This document shows positions 37,420 to 46,370 of a stretch of DNA of 64,000 nt, one piece after another. Source of the stretch: an uncultured Verrucomicrobiae bacterium (GTDB taxonomy: Bacteria > Verrucomicrobiota > Verrucomicrobiia > Limisphaerales > J093); assembly GCA_937946835.1 (NCBI GenBank), contig CALFAV010000005.1:117234-181233 (forward strand). The letters run 5' to 3'. The notes beneath the pieces are model-generated. The model saw only the letters and a program-made list of their open reading frames with translations. It made no database searches and had not been told where the DNA came from. The translations under genes were made by a program, and so were the position numbers. Position 1 is the first letter of the stretch. The number at the start of each line of letters is the position of its first letter.

Positions 37420-38400
37420 TCACTCCTCCGCTTCGGCGTCCGGGCGGGTCAACCGGAGGAAAATTTCCTCGAGCGTCTGCTGGCGGCGGGTCAGTTCCCG
37501 CAGGCGCCAACCCCGCTCCACCGCCAGCGCAAACAACCCCGGCCGCAGGTCGGTTTCCCCCCGCGGCGTCAGCACGCAGCGCACATAGCCATCGTCCGCC
37601 GGCGCGCATTCGAACCGGGCCACGTCCGGATGGGTTTCCCAGCAGGTCTGCAGCTCCGCGGGCGGGGCGGCGACCTCGAGCACCACTTCCCCCCCTGCGC
37701 TCAGCCGCTGCCGCAGGTTGGCCGCGGTGTCGGCGGCCAGGATGCGGCCCGCGAACATGATGAGCACCCGCCCGCACGTGGCCTCGATCTCGGGCAGGAT
37801 GTGCGAGGAAATCAGAATGGTCCGCTCCCGGGCCAGGGACCGGATCATGTCCCGCACCGCGCGCAGTTGGTGCGGGTCCAGGCCGATGGTGGGTTCGTCG
37901 AGCAGGATCAACCGGGGTTCGTGCACCAGTGCGTCGGCCAGCCCCACCCGCTGGCGGTAGCCCTTCGACAGGGTGCCGATGATCTTGCCGGCCACTTCCG
38001 TCAGGCCGCACTGCTCGAGCACCGCGTTCACGCGGGCGCGGACGGCGGCGCCGCGCAGCCCCTTGAGCCGGGCGCGGAACCGGAGGTACTCGCGCACCCG
38101 CAGGTCCGGGTACAGCGGGTTGTTCTCCGGCATGTAGCCGATCAGGCGGCGCACCGCGTCCGCCTCCAGGAACACGTCCCGCCCGGCCACGCGCACGGTG
38201 CCGCTGCTGGCGGTCAGGTAACAGGCCAGGATGCGCAGGATGGTGCTCTTGCCCGCGCCGTTGGGGCCGAGCAGGCCGACCACCTCGCCGGGGCCGACCG
38301 TGAAGCTCACCTCCTGCACGGCCACCTGGCGGCCGTACCGCTTGGTCAGCGCGCGCACCTCGATCATCGGCGCGCCGTTCTGGGCGGGGTCAGCGGACAT
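37420..38400 (-). CDS. ABC transporter ATP-binding protein (GldA-like)
   Basis: Walker A GPNGAGKST, signature LSKGYRQR, Walker B LILLDEPT and an H-loop. Confidence 0.9.
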   Translation of the reverse strand: MSADPAQNGAPMIEVRALTKRYGRQVAVQEVSFTVGPGEVVGLLGPNGAGKSTILRILACYLTASSGTVRVAGRDVFLEADAVRRLIGYMPENNPLYPDLRVREYLRFRARLKGLRGAAVRARVNAVLEQCGLTEVAGKIIGTLSKGYRQRVGLADALVHEPRLILLDEPTIGLDPHQLRAVRDMIRSLARERTILISSHILPEIEATCGRVLIMFAGRILAADTAANLRQRLSAGGEVVLEVAAPPAELQTCWETHPDVARFECAPADDGYVRCVLTPRGETDLRPGLFALAVERGWRLRELTRRQQTLEEIFLRLTRPDAEAEE

Positions 38401-39787
38401 GGAGCGTGACCTGGCCGCGCTGGTGCAGGATCAACCGGCCGCTGCGCCGCGGCCACAGCAGATCCACCCGCACCGCGTCGCCGGGGGCGCGCGGGTAGAG
38501 GTGGCGCGCGGCGGCCACCAGGTCGTCCGGCACCTTGCCGTCCAGCGCCAGGAGGATTTGACCCCGCTCCAGGCCCGCCCGTTCCGCTTCCGAGCCGGCC
38601 TCCACCGCGGTGATGTACAGGCCCACCGGGGACATCAGCCCCAGCCGCGCGGCCTGGTCGCGGGTCAGCTCCTGCACCGTCAATCCGAGCTTTTGCCGGA
38701 TGAGCGCCGCATTGAAGACCGTGGCCTCGCGCACCAGCCGCACGGTCAGTTGGAGGGGCGTGTTCCCGCGCCGCACCTCCAGGGGCACGTCGCGCCGGTC
38801 TCCCGCCGCCAGCAGGCGCTGGTTGAACTCGATGAAACCCGCGGGCGGCGCGCCGTCCACCCGCAGCACGTGGTCCCCCGCGCGCAAGCCGGCGCGTTGG
38901 GCCGGGCTGCCCGGCTCGACCGCCGCCACGATCAGGTCGCTGCCCGCCGGCCGCACCCGTGCACCGAACCACAGACGCTCGCGCTCGGGCGAAAACAACT
39001 CGGTGAGCGCTTCGGACACGCGCTTGATGGGGATGGCGAAGCCGATGCCCTGGCCCTCCCGGTACACGGCCACGTTCAGGCCGATCAGTTCGCCGCGCAG
39101 GTTGATGAGCGGGCCGCCGCTGTTGCCGGGGTTGATGGCCGCGTCGGTCTGCAACCAGTCCTCGATGCCCAGCGGCCCGCCCTCCTCGGCGGGACGCCGG
39201 CTCTTGGAGCTGAGGATGCCCTGGCTGACGGAGCCGCCCAGGCCGAACGGGTTGCCCAGGGCGAGCACCGTCTCGCCCAGCAGCAGGTCATCGTCCGCGG
39301 CGAAGCGCACCGCCTGGAAGCGCTCGCCCGGCCCGGCCTTGATCTTGAGCAGGGCCACGTCGCTGAGGGCGTTGCCGGCCACCCGCTCGGCCTCGTACAC
39401 CCCGCCGCCGGCCTCCTCGGTGAGTTTCACCCAGATGCGGCTGGCCCGGCGCACCACGTGTTCGTTGGTCAGCAGGTAGCCCGTTTCGTCAATGATCACG
39501 CCCGAGCCCAGGCTGTACTGGGTTTCCGCCGGTCGGCGCCGGTAGTACGGCCCAAAGAACTCGCGCAACAGTTCCTCGAACGGGTCGCTTACCTCCACGA
39601 TGGTCTCGGTGCCGATGTTCACCACCGCGGGCAGCACCCGGGCCACGGCCTCGACCGCGGGCGTGCGCCGCACGTCCGGCTCGGCGGCCCGGACCGCCGC
39701 CAGCACGGTCAGGACCGCAACCACCACGCCGCGCCGCCCCGCCGCCCAACCGAAACGCCCCCACGGAACCGATGACCAATTTTGCAT
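38390..39787 (-). CDS. HtrA/DegP-family periplasmic serine protease with two PDZ domains
   Basis: Catalytic triad context TNEHVV, D (LSDVALLKI) and GNSGGPLIN, followed by two PDZ-like regions. ATG 39787 is preferred over the GTG at 39814 used by the track. Confidence 0.9.
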   Translation of the reverse strand: MQNWSSVPWGRFGWAAGRRGVVVAVLTVLAAVRAAEPDVRRTPAVEAVARVLPAVVNIGTETIVEVSDPFEELLREFFGPYYRRRPAETQYSLGSGVIIDETGYLLTNEHVVRRASRIWVKLTEEAGGGVYEAERVAGNALSDVALLKIKAGPGERFQAVRFAADDDLLLGETVLALGNPFGLGGSVSQGILSSKSRRPAEEGGPLGIEDWLQTDAAINPGNSGGPLINLRGELIGLNVAVYREGQGIGFAIPIKRVSEALTELFSPERERLWFGARVRPAGSDLIVAAVEPGSPAQRAGLRAGDHVLRVDGAPPAGFIEFNQRLLAAGDRRDVPLEVRRGNTPLQLTVRLVREATVFNAALIRQKLGLTVQELTRDQAARLGLMSPVGLYITAVEAGSEAERAGLERGQILLALDGKVPDDLVAAARHLYPRAPGDAVRVDLLWPRRSGRLILHQRGQVTLHVR

Positions 39788-39884
39788 GGATATATCCCGG
39801 GACCCCCGGAACACCGGCGGCCACGGGGAGGATGTGACACCGCACTTGACTTAGCAGAGGCCCCGCCGGAAAAGCAACGCCAAG

Positions 39885-41375
39885 GTGCAACCCTGCCCGC
39901 CCGGCTGGTATGAACGCTGGCGCGCCGCGCCGCGAGACGCGACGTTGCGCGAGACGGATGCATCCACACCCCCCGCCGAAAGCCTGCTCCAACGCATCTG
40001 GGCCCACCAACGCCTGCGCCGCGAGGCGATGGCCACGTTCGACGGCCGGCCGCTGATCGTTCTTCACCCCGGCTTCCCCAACCCCGAAGCCGGGCCCGAC
40101 TTCCGCGACGCCCTGCTCCAGTTCGGCGCGGAGTCGCCCGTGACCGGGGACGTGGAGGTGGACACGCGCCCGGCGGCCTGGCGCCAACACGGCCACGACC
40201 GCAACCCGGCCTTCCGCAACGTACGACTGCACGTGGTCTGGAGCACGCGCCCGGCCGAAGCCCTCGCCCTGCCCACCCTGGTCCTGGAACCGCTGCTGGA
40301 CGCCCCGCTGGAACAACTCGAGGACCAGCTCGGCGCCACCGAACTGAGCGAGTTCCCGGCGGCGTGGCGTGGCGCTTGTGCCGGGCCGCTCGCTCTGTTG
40401 CCCCCCGCCACCCTCGCTGCCCTGCTCGAGCAGGCGGCCGGCACACGGCTCCGTCTCAAAGCCGCCCGCTTCGCCGCCCGCGCCCGGCAGGTCGGCTGGA
40501 CCCAGAGCCTTTGGGAGGGCCTGTTCACCGCGCTGGGTTACAAGCACAATGTCTGGCCCATGCGCCGGCTGGCGGAACTGACCGACCGCGTGCTGAGCGA
40601 CCCGGAGACGCGTCCACCCGCCCCGTTTGAAATCCAGGTCCGGCTCCTCGGTCTGGCCGGCCTGCTCCCCGACCAACCCACCCGGCGCCGCGCCGAAAAC
40701 GACGCCTGGCTGCGCCGGGCCTGGGACCTGTGGTGGCGTTGGCAGGCGGGCGTGGCCGACTGCACCCTGCCCCGCAGCGCCTGGCGCCTGCACGGCACCC
40801 GGCCGGCCAATCATCCCCAACGCCGCCTGGCCCTGGCCGCTCACTGGCTGGCCACGCCGGACTGGGCCGGGCGCTGGCCCGCCTGGCTGCGCACCGCCGA
40901 GGACCCCCGCCGCGCCGTGGCCGAGCTGGAGCGTGGGTTGCAGCCCGGCCCCGATCCCTTTTGGGAACGGCATTGGACCCTGACCGGCGCGCCCCTGGCC
41001 CGGCCCCTCCCGCTGCTGGGCGCCGCGCGGGCCACCGACCTGGCCGTCAACGTCCTCCTGCCCTGGCTGCGGGCGCGCGCGGACACAGGGGCCGACCCCG
41101 CCTGGACGGTAAAGGCCGAACGCCTCTACCTGGCCTGGCCCGCCGCCCAGGACAACGCCCGGCTGCGACTGGCCCGCACCCGCCTGCTGGGCGGACGCCC
41201 CTGGCCGCGACCGCTCCGCGCCGCCCTGCAACAGGGGGTGCTGCAAATCCTGGGCGACTTCTGCGCCGCCTCGAACGCCCGCTGTGACGGCTGCCGGTTC
41301 CCGGAATGCGTGCGCCGTCTGGCCGCCGGGGAAGGTGAGTCGGGCACCGCCCCCACCGGGGCCAGCCCCTCCTGA
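39885..41375 (+). CDS. DUF2851-family protein
   Basis: LLQRIWAHQRL, NPEAGPDFRDA and VEVDTRPAAWRQHGHDRNPAFRNVRLHVVW match my memory of DUF2851. The start (GTG 39885) is uncertain. Confidence 0.65.
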   Translation: MQPCPPGWYERWRAAPRDATLRETDASTPPAESLLQRIWAHQRLRREAMATFDGRPLIVLHPGFPNPEAGPDFRDALLQFGAESPVTGDVEVDTRPAAWRQHGHDRNPAFRNVRLHVVWSTRPAEALALPTLVLEPLLDAPLEQLEDQLGATELSEFPAAWRGACAGPLALLPPATLAALLEQAAGTRLRLKAARFAARARQVGWTQSLWEGLFTALGYKHNVWPMRRLAELTDRVLSDPETRPPAPFEIQVRLLGLAGLLPDQPTRRRAENDAWLRRAWDLWWRWQAGVADCTLPRSAWRLHGTRPANHPQRRLALAAHWLATPDWAGRWPAWLRTAEDPRRAVAELERGLQPGPDPFWERHWTLTGAPLARPLPLLGAARATDLAVNVLLPWLRARADTGADPAWTVKAERLYLAWPAAQDNARLRLARTRLLGGRPWPRPLRAALQQGVLQILGDFCAASNARCDGCRFPECVRRLAAGEGESGTAPTGASPS

Positions 41376-41378
41376 TTT

Positions 41379-42293
41379 ATGTCCCGGACCATTGACGTGT
41401 TGGGCCTCGGCTGCACCGCCGTGGATGAGCTGCTGTTTGTGCCGCGGTTTCCCGATCCGGATACCAAACTCCGGGTGAACCGCCGCGAACGGCACTGCGG
41501 CGGACTGACCGCCACCGCCCTGGTGGCCGCGGCCCGACTGGGCGCGCGCACGGCCTACGCCGGCACGCTCGGCCCGGACCCGGACTCGGCGTTTGTCCTC
41601 GAGACCCTCGAGCGCGCCGGCGTGCAAACCCGCTGGGTGGTGCGCCGGGCGGACCGCCGGCCGGTCCGGTCGGTCATCCTTGTGGAGGCTCGGACCGGCG
41701 CCCGCACGATCCTTTACGACGTGAGCGGGGCGGTGGGGGCGGACGCGCGCCGGCCCGCGGCCGACCTGATCACGCGCAGCCGGGTGTTGCTGGTGGACGG
41801 CTGGGGCATGCCCGGCCAACTCCGCGCCGCCCGCCTCGCCCGCCGCGCGGGTGTGGCCGTGGTGGGAGACCTGGAGTCCTTTGACCGGCCGCGCTTCGAG
41901 GAGTTGCTGGCCCTGGCGGACCATCTGATCGTCTCGGAGGACTTTGCCCGTCGTTACACCGGCGCGGCGGACGCCTCGGCGGGCGCACGCAAACTCTGGC
42001 GCGACGACCGCGCGGTGGTGGTGGTGACCTGTGGTGCGCGCGGCGGTTGGTGGCTGGCGGCGGGAATGACCGGGCCGCGGCATTATGCCGCCTTTCAGGT
42101 GAAGGCGGTGGACACGACCGGCTGCGGCGACGTCTTTCACGGGGCTTACGCGGCGGCGCTGGCCCGGGGGCTGCCCTTGGAGGAACGCCTGCGCGTGGCC
42201 GCGGGGGCGGCCGCTTTGAAGGCCACCCGGCCCGGGGGTCAGGCCGGCTGCCCCACCTGGGCGACGGTGCGGCGGTGGTTGCGCCGGGTTTGA
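41379..42293 (+). CDS. PfkB-family carbohydrate kinase
   Basis: Ribokinase-like fold with the C-terminal DTTGCGDVFHGAYAAAL motif. Starts 3 nt after the DUF2851 stop. Confidence 0.85.
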   Translation: MSRTIDVLGLGCTAVDELLFVPRFPDPDTKLRVNRRERHCGGLTATALVAAARLGARTAYAGTLGPDPDSAFVLETLERAGVQTRWVVRRADRRPVRSVILVEARTGARTILYDVSGAVGADARRPAADLITRSRVLLVDGWGMPGQLRAARLARRAGVAVVGDLESFDRPRFEELLALADHLIVSEDFARRYTGAADASAGARKLWRDDRAVVVVTCGARGGWWLAAGMTGPRHYAAFQVKAVDTTGCGDVFHGAYAAALARGLPLEERLRVAAGAAALKATRPGGQAGCPTWATVRRWLRRV

Positions 42294-42340
42294 ACCGGGT
42301 TTGCCCGCGCGTCCGGGCCGCGCACGGGGGGTGCCGCGGA

Positions 42341-44440
42341 CTACCGGGACAGGCGGCCGGTGGTCAGTTCGCGCACCAGGCGATCGGCCCGGTACACGCG
42401 GCGCAGGGCCTCGAGAATGCCGCGGCTGTCCACGCTGATGCTGCGGGCCAGGGTGTCGTCATAGGCGAAGTCCAGCACCAGCGAGTGGATGTTGCCGTCG
42501 AAGATCACGCCCACGAATTCACCGGCGCGGTTCACCACCGGGCTGCCGGAGTTGCCGCCGATGATGTCGTGGGTGCCCACGAAATTCAGCGGGGTGTTCA
42601 GGTTCAGCGCCCCTTTGCGCCGGCGCCACAGCTCGGGCAGGTCAAAGGGCGGGCGTTCCCTCATCTCCGCGGCGCGCTGGTACAGGCCGCCCAGGGTGGT
42701 CCACGGCGGCAGGCTGCGGCCGTCTTCTGCGTAGCCGCGCACGGTGCCGTAGGCCAGGCGGAGGGTGAAGGTGGCATCCGGGTAGGTACCGGTGCCCTGC
42801 ACGGCGAAGCGCGCGCGCGCCAGGACGGCGTGGGCCTGGCGTTTGCGCTCGTCCTGCACCTCGACGGTCCGGCGCACGGCGCGGGCTTCCGCATCCACCA
42901 GCCGGGCCAGTTCGATCAGGGGGTCGGCGGCGGCCGCCACGGCGTCGGCGCCGCCCTGGTAGAGTTGGCGCCGCACCGCCACGTCGCGCACGCGGGTGCC
43001 GGCCACCAGCGCGGCGGCGCGGGCGCGGGGGGATTGGCCGGCCAGGACCTGTTGCACCAGGGGGTCGCGCGCGCCGAGTTTTTCAGCCAGAAAGGTGAGG
43101 GAGTCGGCCAGGGTGAGGGTTTCGAGGTCTTCGTAGATGGGCTTGGTTGAGAACAGCTCCAGTTCGAGCGACTCGCGGTTCGAGTCGCGAAACTCCGGCA
43201 GGCGTTCGCCGTTGGGTTTGGGGCGTTCCTCGCCGGCGCGCAGCAGGGTGCGGGCGAGGCGGAAGCACTCGGCGTCAAAGGCGTGACCGGCCTCGAGCAG
43301 GCGGTAACGCAGGGCCACGGCCGCGATGGCCTGTTGGGCGGCGGCGATTTGCTCGAAGGCGGCGGCGACCTCGCGTTCCTCGGGGCGCCCGGCCACGGCG
43401 GCCTTGAACGCGGTTTCGGCCTGTTGTTTGGCCGCCAGGAAGCGCGGGTCCATCAGCCCGGCCAGGCCGCCGTCGCGGGCCTTGCGGCTGTTTTGCACCC
43501 CGAAGAGGTCGTCCTTGGCGCGGCGGGCATTTTCCTCGCGGCGGGCGCTCCAGGCGCTGAGCAGCACCTCGCGCCGTTTGAGCCACTCGAGGGTGTAGGG
43601 GAACTGCACGTCGCGCAGGTACTCGAGTTCGGCCACGGTGAGCAGGCGGCTGGTGCGGCCGGGATGGCCGGTGACAAAGGTCAGTTCGCCGTCCGCCACG
43701 CCGGTGCGGGACCAGCGCAGGTGGTGCGGCACGCGCGCGGGGTGGCCGTCCTCGTACACGCGGAACAGGCAGATGTCCAGGACGTGGCGGGGGTACTCGA
43801 AGTTGTCGGGGTCGCCGCCGAAAAAGGCGATCTGCTGCTCGGGGGCGAAGACCAGCCGCACGTCGGTGTAGCGCTTGAACCGGTACAGGTGGTAGGCGCC
43901 GCCCTGGTAGAGCGTGACCACGTCGCTGCGCAGGCCGGTGCGCTCCTGCGATTCCTTCTCGATGGCGGCCATGACGGCGCGCCGGGCCTGGAAGGCCGCT
44001 TCGGGCGAGGCGCCCGCGGGCACGGCGGCGTTCACCCGCTCGGTCACGTCTTCGATGCTCTGGAGCACGTTCAACTCGAGGTCCACGCACCGAACCTCGT
44101 CCTCGGGGCGCCGGGCGTAAAAGCCGTCCCGGAGGTAATCCTTCTGGGGGGTGCTGAGCTTTTGGAGGGCGTCGGCGCCGACGTGGTGATTGGAAATGAT
44201 CAGGCCGTCCTCGCTGACGAACGAGCCGGAACCGCCGCTGTTGAAGCGGACCGAGGCCTGCATGAGATGCTCCAGCCAGGGGTCGGTGAGCTCGAAGCCG
44301 TAGGTTTGGCGGATCAGTTCGCGGGGCGGGGCGTTGAACAGCCACATGCCCTCGTCGGCGCGCGGGGCGAGCGGGGCAAGAAGGGAAGAGCCGAGGCAAC
44401 AGGCCATGAGCAACCGGGGTGGGGTGAACATCGAATTCAT
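42341..44440 (-). CDS. Peptidase S46 (dipeptidyl-peptidase 7/11-like)
   Basis: Signal peptide, ADEGMWLF, catalytic His context LIISNHHV and catalytic Ser context GGNSGSPVVN. Confidence 0.85.
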   Translation of the reverse strand: MNSMFTPPRLLMACCLGSSLLAPLAPRADEGMWLFNAPPRELIRQTYGFELTDPWLEHLMQASVRFNSGGSGSFVSEDGLIISNHHVGADALQKLSTPQKDYLRDGFYARRPEDEVRCVDLELNVLQSIEDVTERVNAAVPAGASPEAAFQARRAVMAAIEKESQERTGLRSDVVTLYQGGAYHLYRFKRYTDVRLVFAPEQQIAFFGGDPDNFEYPRHVLDICLFRVYEDGHPARVPHHLRWSRTGVADGELTFVTGHPGRTSRLLTVAELEYLRDVQFPYTLEWLKRREVLLSAWSARREENARRAKDDLFGVQNSRKARDGGLAGLMDPRFLAAKQQAETAFKAAVAGRPEEREVAAAFEQIAAAQQAIAAVALRYRLLEAGHAFDAECFRLARTLLRAGEERPKPNGERLPEFRDSNRESLELELFSTKPIYEDLETLTLADSLTFLAEKLGARDPLVQQVLAGQSPRARAAALVAGTRVRDVAVRRQLYQGGADAVAAAADPLIELARLVDAEARAVRRTVEVQDERKRQAHAVLARARFAVQGTGTYPDATFTLRLAYGTVRGYAEDGRSLPPWTTLGGLYQRAAEMRERPPFDLPELWRRRKGALNLNTPLNFVGTHDIIGGNSGSPVVNRAGEFVGVIFDGNIHSLVLDFAYDDTLARSISVDSRGILEALRRVYRADRLVRELTTGRLSR

Positions 44441-44725
44441 GTGGTGCGCACGCCGACCGCGGCGGCCGGCGGCCCGAAGATGGAGGGGCGGTCGCCATTT
44501 TCAAATCGGAAAATCCCCACCGGGCGCCCGCCAGGGCGCATCAGGGTCCCGACGGGCCGGCGGATGCGCTCGGGGCGGCCCGCGACGCGGGCCGGCCGCG
44601 CCGGGCGGGCCGCCCATTGGGCATCCGGCGCGGGCGGGGGCGGGAAACCCGCCGAGCCCGGCAGCCTCGGAGCGCCGCCGGTGCGGCTTGACCGGGGTTG
44701 CCCCCGGCGTTAGGACGCCGGCGAC

Positions 44726-46087
44726 ATGGACGTGCTGACGCTCTCGCGCCTCCAGTTCGCGGCAACGGTGTCGTTTCATTACCTTTACCCGCCGCTGAGC
44801 ATCGGGCTGGGCGTGGCCCTGGTGATCATGGAGGCGTTGTGGCTGCGCACGGGCAATCCCCTCTACCACCAGATGGCGCGGTTCTGGACGCGGATTTTCG
44901 CGCTGACGTTTGCGCTGGGCGTGGCCACGGGCATCGTCATGGAGTTCGAGTTCGGCACGAACTGGGCGGCCTACTCGCGGTTTGTGGGCGACGTGTTCGG
45001 CAGCGCGCTGGCCGCGGAGGGCATCTTCGCGTTCTTTCTGGAATCGGGTTTCCTGGCGGTGCTGTTGTTCGGCTGGGACAAGGTCAGCCGCGCGATGCAT
45101 TTTTTTGCCACCTGCATGGTGTGTTTGGGCGCGCATTTCAGCGCCATCTGGATTGTCGTGGCCAACTCGTGGATGCAGACCCCCGCGGGCTATCACCTCG
45201 TACAAACGCCCGGCGGTCCGCGGGCCGAAATCACCGACTTCTGGGCGATGGTGTTCAACCCCTCCTCGATGGAGCGGCTGTTTCACGTGCTGTGCGGCTG
45301 CTGGCAGGCCGGGGCGTTTCTGGTGGTGAGCGTGGCCGCGTGGTATCTGCTCAAGCAGCGGCACTTCGAGTTCGCCAAGGCCTCGATGCGCGTGGGGCTG
45401 GGCCTGGGGCTGGTGGCGTCGGTGCTCTCGCTGGTCAGCGGCCACGAAAGCGCGCGGGGCGTGGCCCGCAACCAACCGGCGAAGCTCGCGGCCTTCGAGG
45501 GGCTGTTTGAAACAACCCCCAACGCGCCGTTGGTGCTCTTCGGTTGGGTGGACGAGAAAAACGAGCGCGTCCTTGGGCCGAGAATTCCGGGCCTGTTGAG
45601 CTACCTGACGCACGGGGAGGTGAACCGGCCGGTCACCGGCCTGCGGGAATTTCCCCCGGAAGATCGTCCGCCGGTGCAACGGGTGTTCCAGCTTTATCAC
45701 CTGATGGTCGCGATCGGGCTGGGGATGATTGCCGTGTCGGTGCTTGGCTCGTTCCTGTGCTGGCGGGGAATTTTGTTCCGGCATCGGTGGATGCTCGGGG
45801 TGCTGGTGTTGTCGGTGCTCGGGCCGCAAATCGCCAACCAGGCCGGCTGGTTCGCCGCCGAGATGGGCCGCCAGCCCTGGATCGTGTATGGCCTGATGCG
45901 CACGGCCGAAGGGCTTTCGCCGAACGTGTCGGCCCACGCGGTGCTGGGGTCGCTGGTGCTGTTCACGTTCATCTACCTGCTGCTGTTTGCGGTGTTCGTG
46001 TATCTGCTCAACGACAAAATCCAGCACGGGCCGGACGCGGCGGATTTGGTGCCGAGCGGCAAGCTGGCGCTGCCAACCAGGGCTTGA
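44726..46087 (+). CDS. cydA: Cytochrome bd ubiquinol oxidase subunit I
   Basis: [24 protein letters not shown]-terminus, the Q-loop region, [12 protein letters not shown], and full length. Confidence 0.95.
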   Translation: MDVLTLSRLQFAATVSFHYLYPPLSIGLGVALVIMEALWLRTGNPLYHQMARFWTRIFALTFALGVATGIVMEFEFGTNWAAYSRFVGDVFGSALAAEGIFAFFLESGFLAVLLFGWDKVSRAMHFFATCMVCLGAHFSAIWIVVANSWMQTPAGYHLVQTPGGPRAEITDFWAMVFNPSSMERLFHVLCGCWQAGAFLVVSVAAWYLLKQRHFEFAKASMRVGLGLGLVASVLSLVSGHESARGVARNQPAKLAAFEGLFETTPNAPLVLFGWVDEKNERVLGPRIPGLLSYLTHGEVNRPVTGLREFPPEDRPPVQRVFQLYHLMVAIGLGMIAVSVLGSFLCWRGILFRHRWMLGVLVLSVLGPQIANQAGWFAAEMGRQPWIVYGLMRTAEGLSPNVSAHAVLGSLVLFTFIYLLLFAVFVYLLNDKIQHGPDAADLVPSGKLALPTRA

Positions 46088-46169
46088 AAGCGCGAATGGA
46101 CACAAACGAACTGCGCAAGGCAAGAAGGCGAAAGGACCGGGCTGTCACGCCGGCGGGAAGCCTGCCGTG

Positions 46170-46190
46170 TCGCGGATTGATAATCCGCGA
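46170..46190. repeat. 21-nt perfect palindrome/hairpin TCGCGGATT-GAT-AATCCGCGA inside the cydA-cydB spacer
   Basis: Read directly. It gives a 9-bp stem with a 3-nt loop (or 8 bp with a 5-nt loop), and its AT-rich centre sits in GC-rich DNA. Function unknown. Confidence 0.9.
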
Positions 46191-46370
46191 GCCGTGGAAG
46201 CCGGCGGGGGTGTGGCGGGCCGGCCGCCGCGAGACGGCCGATCGGCAATCCATGCCACCGCCACGCCATGCGGCCACGTCCTGCCAGCCGGTGTTCTCTT
46301 TCGCCGGAAGGGCAGTGGCCAGGTTTCGCGCAGCGTCGGGAGCCGCAGCGATTGCGATTGATTTCGCGTC

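Noticed and set aside
39489-42140. 883-aa minus-strand ORF.
   Set aside because: It is antisense to the DUF2851 and PfkB genes and to the 5' end of htrA. It is Gly/Arg/Pro/Ala-rich with no recognisable motif, so it is a shadow ORF.
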